Below are positions 58,103 through 64,000 of a DNA stretch of 64,000 nucleotides, piece after piece. Source of the DNA: Acidobacteriota bacterium (GTDB lineage: Bacteria > Acidobacteriota > Vicinamibacteria > Vicinamibacterales > 2-12-FULL-66-21); assembly GCA_016184105.1 (NCBI GenBank), contig JACPDI010000037.1:25031-89030 (forward strand), read 5' to 3'. How positions within the stretch are numbered: the first letter of the stretch is position 1; the number at the start of each line of letters is the position of its first letter. Below the pieces are notes generated by a model that worked only from the letters and a program-made list of their open reading frames with translations, did no database searches and was not told where the DNA came from. The position numbers and the translations under genes were made by a program.

Positions 58103-58930
58103 TCAACGCTGGATGTCGTTGAGCGACCAGTCGTAAGAGAGATACCTGATGGAGGGGCGGCCGCTCCGTGCCAGATCTGCCGCCGCCGGCGGGCCGTACT
58201 TCACGACCGCGCCGAGAATCGCCCGCTCGTGCGCGTCCCCGGTGCCGGGCACCAGGCGCGCGTGCTGCCCGATGAAATCGCCGCCGTACCACTTGAAGAT
58301 GCTCGACACCCGGAAGGCGTCGCCGTCGATCTGCAGGCCTTCCTCGCTCGCGAGGTACCGCCGCCCCGCCTGGTCCAACTGCGCGCTCAGGGTCTTCGGC
58401 CGGTACGGCTCGCCCGCCAGGGGCGGGCACGAGACCGAGGCGCAGTTCACCGCGAAGTGAATGCGTGCGTCCTTGAACGTCGGGCGCAGGATGCCGTGCT
58501 CGATCTCGTCGAGCGAGACGGTTCGGCCCGCCGCCTGCCATTTCATCTCGGTCCACACGCCGTCGATCTGCCGGATGCTGTTGCGCGGGTACACCGTCAA
58601 CCAGGCCGAACGAATCGGGTAGTGATCGACGATGGCGCGGAGCGTGAACGCGTTGTACGCGTTGATCCAGAAGGCCATCCGCTGTTCGCGCGACCAGCCG
58701 CGCTCGCCCGCGGCCGCGGGCGAGGCGAACTCGGCGACGGCGCGATCGAGCCGCGCGCGGTCTGCCTTGAGCGCGGCGTAGTCGACGCGTGGATAGCGGA
58801 CGTGCCTCTTGAGGACATCCGCGTACGCGACGTACTCGTGATCGAACGCGCGGGCGCCCGGCGCAGGTCCGGCGTGTGAAACAGCGGCGATGCCGATCGC
58901 AAGGCCGAACGCGCTGAGGGCCCTCTTCAT
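58103..58930 (-). CDS. DUF547 domain secreted protein
   Basis: VDYAAL, AFWINAYNA, SLDEIEH.ILR, RIHFAVNCASVSCPPL, SSIFKWY, YDWSLN. Confidence 0.9.
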   Translation of the reverse strand: MKRALSAFGLAIGIAAVSHAGPAPGARAFDHEYVAYADVLKRHVRYPRVDYAALKADRARLDRAVAEFASPAAAGERGWSREQRMAFWINAYNAFTLRAIVDHYPIRSAWLTVYPRNSIRQIDGVWTEMKWQAAGRTVSLDEIEHGILRPTFKDARIHFAVNCASVSCPPLAGEPYRPKTLSAQLDQAGRRYLASEEGLQIDGDAFRVSSIFKWYGGDFIGQHARLVPGTGDAHERAILGAVVKYGPPAAADLARSGRPSIRYLSYDWSLNDIQR

Positions 58931-58931
58931 C

Positions 58932-59624
58932 TCACGCGGTCTCCTGCAGCGATGCCTTGAGCGCCGCGCGCGCGGCGCGCGCGGCGATCGTGGCGGCGGC
59001 CGCCGTCGCGGCCAGGCCGCCAACATACAGGACCATCCGCGCGCTTCCTCCTCCGCCGCCGGCCGACGACAACTCGGCGGCGGCCGGCGCCAGCGCGCCG
59101 AGGTACACGTACAGCGCCGTCCCCGGAAGCATCCCGAGAAACGACGCCAGAACGTACGTGCGGAGACGGACCTGCGTCAGGCTGAGCGCATAGTTCAAGA
59201 CGTTGAAGGGGAAGAGCGGCGAGAGGCGCAGCAGCACGACGATCTTGAACGCCTCTCGCCCGATTGCGCCGTCGACCGCCTTCAGCCGCGGAGACCGGCC
59301 GACGCGGGCGGCCGCCCAGTCCCGAAGCAGCGTGCGGCCGAGAAGGAACGCGCACGTCGCGCCGCAGACGCTGGCGGGCGAGGCGACCGCCAGCCCCCAG
59401 AACGGACCGAAGGCGAAGCCGGCCGCGAGCGTCAGGATCGATCCCGGCAGGAACGCCACGGTGCTGATGACATACGCCGCGAAGAACATCGCGACGCCGA
59501 GCGGGCCCGTGTTCCGCGCGCGCGCGGCGATGGCCGTGATCCAGCCGGCGACAGGCAGGGCGTACGCCGCGGTCGCCGCACCGGCGACGAGCAGCCCGAC
59601 GAGTGCGATCCGTCTCTTCGTCAT
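58932..59624 (-). CDS. TVP38/TMEM64 (VTT/DedA superfamily) membrane protein
   Basis: LPGSILTLAAGFAFG, LLRLSPLFPFNVLNY, GMLPGT. Confidence 0.92.
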   Translation of the reverse strand: MTKRRIALVGLLVAGAATAAYALPVAGWITAIAARARNTGPLGVAMFFAAYVISTVAFLPGSILTLAAGFAFGPFWGLAVASPASVCGATCAFLLGRTLLRDWAAARVGRSPRLKAVDGAIGREAFKIVVLLRLSPLFPFNVLNYALSLTQVRLRTYVLASFLGMLPGTALYVYLGALAPAAAELSSAGGGGGSARMVLYVGGLAATAAAATIAARAARAALKASLQETA

Positions 59625-60747
59625 GCCGCGAATCCCAGCGCCCACAGGGTGGCCGCGGCGAGCGCGGCGGAGACCGGCAGGGTCACCACCCACGCGCTCA
59701 CCAGCCCGCCCACCCGCCCCCACCGCACCGCGGCGACATCCTGCCGAAGACCGGCGCCGACGATGGCGCCGGTGGCCACGTGGGTGGTGGACACGGGCAG
59801 CGCGTAGAACGACGCAGAGAGCACCAGCGCCGCGCTGACGATCGACGCGGCCAGCCCCGTGCTCTGGTCCATGTCGACGACGCGCGCGCCGAGCGTGCGC
59901 GTCACGCGAAGGCCGCCGGCGTAGCTGCCGATGGTCATCGCCGCCCCGTGACCGCGAACGCCACCCGGAGATCCGCGTGCAGCGCGGTCAGTCCCAACGC
60001 GCCGATCGCCGCGATCTTCGCGTTGTCGTTCACGCCGCGCGCGAAGCTCAACGCCGCTGACGCGCCCCAGTGCAGCGCCTGCGCCGGGAAGAGGCGCCAG
60101 CCTCCGCCCGTGCCGCCGGCCGGCAGGCCGCCGCCGCCCTCAGCGCATCGGCACGTGCGGACGACGACGCCCGGCGCGAACACGGCCGAGGCGGCGCCAT
60201 CGGCGCCAGTCAGACCGGCCGCGACGCCGCTTTCTTCGACGCACACGCACGCCGGCGCGACGCGCGCGCCGAAACCCTGGACGGCGTAGCCAATCGCGGC
60301 GGAAGCCAGCGGGCTCACCGCAAGCGGCGCCGCTATGCCGGACAGCAGAACCCACCACCTGACCGAGCCGGCACCGCCCGCCGCCAGCGCGACGCCCACG
60401 ATCCCGCCGGTCACGGCGTGCGTCGTCGAGACCGGGAGGCCGGTCAGCGACGCGAAGATGACCCACGCGGCCGCTCCCGTGGCGACGGCCAGCGGAAAGG
60501 TGGGCAGCGCGAGCACCTCCGGTCCGACAATCGCCGACGTGAACGCGTTGACGAGCCCGGCGGAAATCGCGAAGGACGCCAGCGCGCCGGCCAACGTCCA
60601 TAGCGTGCCCCAGGCGATCGCCGTTCGATACGAGGCGCGTCCCGTGCCGGCGAGCGTGGCCACGCCCTTCGACACGTCGTTCGCGCCATTGGCAAACCCG
60701 AGCACCGCCGCTCCGGCGGCAGTCAGGATGGCGAGCGTCACCGGCAT
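59621..60747 (-). CDS. Inorganic phosphate transporter (PiT) family, split by a 1-nt frameshift at about 59945-59948
   Basis: FANGANDV, GLPVSTTH, ARGVND, PVSTTHV, WVVTLP. One base is missing at a G run. Confidence 0.82.
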
Positions 60748-63230
60748 CAGCAGCAGCTCCCGTCCGCGCCGCAGCGGGCGCCGCCGCCGTCGATCGCCGC
60801 CGTCGACGCGATCCCGTCGAGCACCGCGAAGCCGCCGGCATACGGCGGCGCCCCGAGTTTGGCCGCCGTGTCCGTGCACACCTCCACGGGAACACCGCGC
60901 GGGAAGAGATGTCCCTCCTCGTCGGTCACGCTTTTCATCGGCCCGAGATAGACGGCGTACTGGCCGATATAGCGGCAGCCGGCCTTCTTCTCGAACTTGA
61001 ATCCGCGCACGGTCACCGAGTAGAAGTGCGTGCCTTCGACCTCGCGCCAGAACATCTTCTTCAGCACCGTGATGCCGTAAAAGCCGGCGCGCTCGAGCGC
61101 GGCGAGAAACGCGTCCTCCGAGAGGGCGCCGCTGATGCACTCGCCCCAGAGCTGGCCGTCGGCGCGCATCGGTGGGGGCACCTCGGTGTCCGAGACGATG
61201 TCGGCCAGAACCGCGCGGCCACCGTCGCGCAGCACGCGCCAGATCTCGCGGAACACCGCGGGCTTGTCGGGCGACAGGTTGATGACGCAGTTCGACGTCA
61301 CGATGTCGGCCGAGAGGTTGTCCAGGGGAATCCGTTCGAGGATCCCCTTGCGGAACTCCACGTTGTCGTACCCCAGGGCCGCGGCGACGCGCGGCTTCGA
61401 CTCGTGCGCCACCGCGAGCATCTGGTCGGTCATGTCGACGCCGAACACGTGCCCGCCCGGTCCCACGCGCCGGGCGGCGATGAAGCAGTCGATCCCCGCG
61501 CCGGAGCCGAGATCGACGAGCGTCTCTCCCGGCTGCGGCGCGGCCGCCGACACCGGGCTGCCGCATCCGTAGAACCGTTCAACGACCTCAGGCGGGATGT
61601 GCGCCAGGTCTTCTGCGTCCGGGCGCACCGGGCAGCACAACTCCGCCTGAGGTTCTTCCGCCGCGTGGCCGTAGAACTCGCGGACGGCTGCACGCGACCG
61701 ATCCGCGACCTCCTCCGACAACACGCAGGCAGAATGCGTCGTACGCACGATCTCCGGCTCGTCGTGGAGCGTGCGCTCACCCATGCCGCGCAGGACGACC
61801 GGCCGATCGAAGCCGGACCGCGGCTGGACCGTCGCGCGCCCCTCGACGACGAGCTGCTTCAAGGCATCGCGCGCCAGGCCCTGGTACAGCTCGCAGTAGG
61901 GATCGTGGCCGGCGAAGCTGCCGCGTCCCGACGAGCCGCCCGAAGCCCAGTAGCCGTGCTCGAGATCCCCGCCGCCGCAGAGAAACTTGAGGTGGCAGCT
62001 CCGGCACTGCGCCTTCTGATCGACGGTCACGCCGCGCAGGTCGTTCAGGACAGGGCTGTTCTTCCAGATGCTCTCGAGCGCGGCGTCGAGCACGCTGCCG
62101 CACCGCAGGTCCGGAACCCCGGCCATCGACGCCGAAGGGTAGATGCCGCCGTCCGGCGCCAGGCACAGGCTCGTCCATCCAGCCCCCGCGAGGTCGTTTT
62201 TCACGCGCGGCGTGCCGTCGAAGCGCAGCCTCAGCTCCTCGACGTTGTCGATCGTCACGCCCTTTGCGGCAGCCGCGTCACGCGCGCGGCGCACGGTCTC
62301 GAGGATCTCGGACGCGGAGGGAAGGTTGGCGAACGGCCCCGCGAGCACGCGGCCGCGGCGATGCGGCCACAGCAGGTGGACGTTTCGGACGCCGAGCTCC
62401 GCCGCGAGTTCGACGAGTGCCGGCGCGTCCGACAGGTTGCGCCGCAGCAGCACCATCGTGATCGTCGTGCGCAGGCCGGCATCGACCGCCGCGCGGATGC
62501 CGGCGCGGATGCGCCCGAACGTCCCGGCGCCGCGAATCGGATCGTTGACCTCCGGCGACGCGCCGTCGAGGCTGATCTGCACGCGCAGCCGGTCGGACGG
62601 CAGCGCCGCCAGGGCGCGAAGCCGGGCGCCCTTGAACAAGGTGCCGTTGGTCATCAGCACCAGCTCGCGCTGCCGCGTCCCGACGATGTCCTCGATCAAC
62701 TCGATCGCGTCGGCGCGCGCGAGCGGCTCGCCGCCCGTGAGATAAAAACGTTCGGCGCCGAGCGCTTCCGCCTGGTCGATGGCCGAGCGCAGCGCGGGCG
62801 CCGGCAGTCCCTTCGCGCCGTCCGGTCCCGACGACACGAGGCAATGCTCGCAGGCGAGGTTGCAGAAGTCGTTGACCTGGATCCAGAACTCGCGGAGCCG
62901 CTCGGTCCGCAGGTAAGCGGCGCGGCCGAGATAGGGCAGCGGCACCGCGCCGTCGGTCGAGATGAACTGCTGCCGCAGGGCGTCGCGCGTGAACGTGTCG
63001 ACGTGCAGCCACGCCCGCGCGGCGTCCAGGCCGGATTCGGCGGCGTAGGCCCGCACGACCTCGCCGAGAGGAGTACGGCCGTCCAGGTGCCGGAGAATGC
63101 GCAGGCCGCGCTCGTCGGTCGCGATCCAGTTCGGGCCCGCCGGATCGATGGCGATGGCGGCCCCCTCGGCACGCTCGACGACGGTCGCCGGCGCGCGCAG
63201 CACGGTCTGATCGGTCACTATCTTGTCCAT
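60747..63230 (-). CDS. Fusion: PqqD/RRE-like + radical SAM + degenerate SPASM + ArsM/AS3MT-type arsenite methyltransferase, 827 aa
   Basis: CNLACEHC, TGGEP, MTNG, QISLDG; CRSCHLKFLCGGG...DPYC; LCCP, YGCGSP, DLGSGAGID, SNCVINL, WGECISGAL; C-terminal CC. Confidence 0.88.
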   Translation of the reverse strand: MDKIVTDQTVLRAPATVVERAEGAAIAIDPAGPNWIATDERGLRILRHLDGRTPLGEVVRAYAAESGLDAARAWLHVDTFTRDALRQQFISTDGAVPLPYLGRAAYLRTERLREFWIQVNDFCNLACEHCLVSSGPDGAKGLPAPALRSAIDQAEALGAERFYLTGGEPLARADAIELIEDIVGTRQRELVLMTNGTLFKGARLRALAALPSDRLRVQISLDGASPEVNDPIRGAGTFGRIRAGIRAAVDAGLRTTITMVLLRRNLSDAPALVELAAELGVRNVHLLWPHRRGRVLAGPFANLPSASEILETVRRARDAAAAKGVTIDNVEELRLRFDGTPRVKNDLAGAGWTSLCLAPDGGIYPSASMAGVPDLRCGSVLDAALESIWKNSPVLNDLRGVTVDQKAQCRSCHLKFLCGGGDLEHGYWASGGSSGRGSFAGHDPYCELYQGLARDALKQLVVEGRATVQPRSGFDRPVVLRGMGERTLHDEPEIVRTTHSACVLSEEVADRSRAAVREFYGHAAEEPQAELCCPVRPDAEDLAHIPPEVVERFYGCGSPVSAAAPQPGETLVDLGSGAGIDCFIAARRVGPGGHVFGVDMTDQMLAVAHESKPRVAAALGYDNVEFRKGILERIPLDNLSADIVTSNCVINLSPDKPAVFREIWRVLRDGGRAVLADIVSDTEVPPPMRADGQLWGECISGALSEDAFLAALERAGFYGITVLKKMFWREVEGTHFYSVTVRGFKFEKKAGCRYIGQYAVYLGPMKSVTDEEGHLFPRGVPVEVCTDTAAKLGAPPYAGGFAVLDGIASTAAIDGGGARCGADGSCC

Positions 63231-64000
63231 GAAAAATATCGTTCGAGCCACCGGCGAACGCCCGGTGTGAGCGACTGGCGGCGGTACATGTCCCCCGCCT
63301 TCCGAAGCGCCTCGGCCTGCGTCGGGTACGGGTGGACGGTCGAGGAGAGCGCCCCGAGCGTTCCGCGATGCGTCATCGCGTACGCCACCTCGCCGATCAT
63401 TTCTCCGGCGTGCGGCGCCACGATCGTGCACCCGCGCAGGCGCCCGCGCTCGTGGTGCACCCGCACGAAGCCGTCGGTCTCATCGTCAACGACCGCGCGA
63501 TCGACGTCCGCGAGCGGCACGGCGATCGTCTGCAGGCGCCCGCCGCTGTTCGCCACTTCCGCCTCGGACACGCCGAGGTGGGCGACCTCGGGATCCGTGT
63601 ACGTGACCCACGGGATGACCAGGGCACTTGCCGTGCGCCTGCCGAAGAACAGCGCGTTCTGGATGACGATGCGCGACATGGCATCGGCGGCGTGGGTGAA
63701 CTTGTAGTCGGAGCACACGTCGCCCGACGCGTACACGCGCGGGTTCGACGTCTGCAGCCGATCGTTGACGCTGACGCCCCGCGGGGTGGCCTTGATGCCG
63801 GCCAGGTCCAGGCGGAGCCCCTCGATGTTGGGCGCGCGGCCGGCAGCGACCAGGAGCACCTCGCCGGTGACGCTCGCGCGTCCCTGGCGCTCTCCGTCGC
63901 GGAAGTAGTGCAAACGGACTTCACCCGGCAGCGCGTCGGCGCGATCGAGCCTGATGCCCGTTTCGAATCGCACGCCGTCGCTTTCCATCCGGCGCCGGAC
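63218..64000 (-). CDS. FAD-dependent pyridine nucleotide-disulfide oxidoreductase (MerA/LpdA-like, no C-terminal CC), 5' end outside window
   Basis: LVAAGRAPN, TSNPRVYASGDV, FTHAAD, PWVTYTDPE, VHPYPTQAE. Confidence 0.9.
   Translation of the reverse strand, partial: VRRRMESDGVRFETGIRLDRADALPGEVRLHYFRDGERQGRASVTGEVLLVAAGRAPNIEGLRLDLAGIKATPRGVSVNDRLQTSNPRVYASGDVCSDYKFTHAADAMSRIVIQNALFFGRRTASALVIPWVTYTDPEVAHLGVSEAEVANSGGRLQTIAVPLADVDRAVVDDETDGFVRVHHERGRLRGCTIVAPHAGEMIGEVAYAMTHRGTLGALSSTVHPYPTQAEALRKAGDMYRRQSLTPGVRRWLERYFSWTR

Noticed and set aside
59935-59937. TGA in the PiT gene as selenocysteine
   Set aside because: Homology continues in a different frame, so it is a frameshift.
60747-60749. 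CC-TGA at the end of the ArsM fusion as CCU
   Set aside because: The TGA overlaps the next ATG (TGATG coupling), and terminal CC is common in ArsM.
63218-64000. Second true merA
   Set aside because: It lacks the C-terminal Cys pair and ends HPYPTQAE...WTR, so it is only a MerA/LpdA-like reductase.
1-64000. CRISPR arrays, rRNA, tRNA (including selC), IS or integrase genes
   Set aside because: None recognised by eye; a covariance-model scan would be needed to exclude small RNAs.

Overview
High-GC bacterial DNA. The carboxypeptidase-regulatory-domain TonB receptors, Tat-exported hydrolases and a GTGG-type REP hairpin suggest Acidobacteriota/Vicinamibacteria (inference). The window has three blocks. 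(1) 1-34.4 kb is a catabolic locus: TonB receptor, three heparinase II/III-like lyases, DegT aminotransferase, FAH, DSD1-type PLP enzyme, M1/M20/CocE/amidohydrolases, two permeases, Tat-CutC and IclR. It is tied together by six copies of a GTTCTR-N5-HAGAAY palindrome, two in each of its three promoter regions. (2) 34.4-37.8 kb holds cysK-cysE and a divergent ATP-grasp gene. Each is preceded by a sigma70-like promoter and a (near-)leaderless Cys-containing mini-ORF with alternative RNA pairings, i.e. candidate back-to-back cysteine attenuators. (3) 38-64 kb is a metal/metalloid/redox region. It contains a mer-like operon behind a ZntR-type operator and two UGA-recoded selenoproteins (W-U-P-x-C) with identically positioned SECIS-like hairpins. 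It also has an operon built around a PqqD-like/radical SAM/degenerate SPASM/ArsM-type arsenite methyltransferase fusion, with a flavin disulfide reductase, PiT, VTT, DUF547 and DUF3179(Sec); this is a candidate undescribed organoarsenic pathway. No rRNA, tRNA, CRISPR array or transposase was recognised. All family calls come from motif recognition by eye, not database searches.
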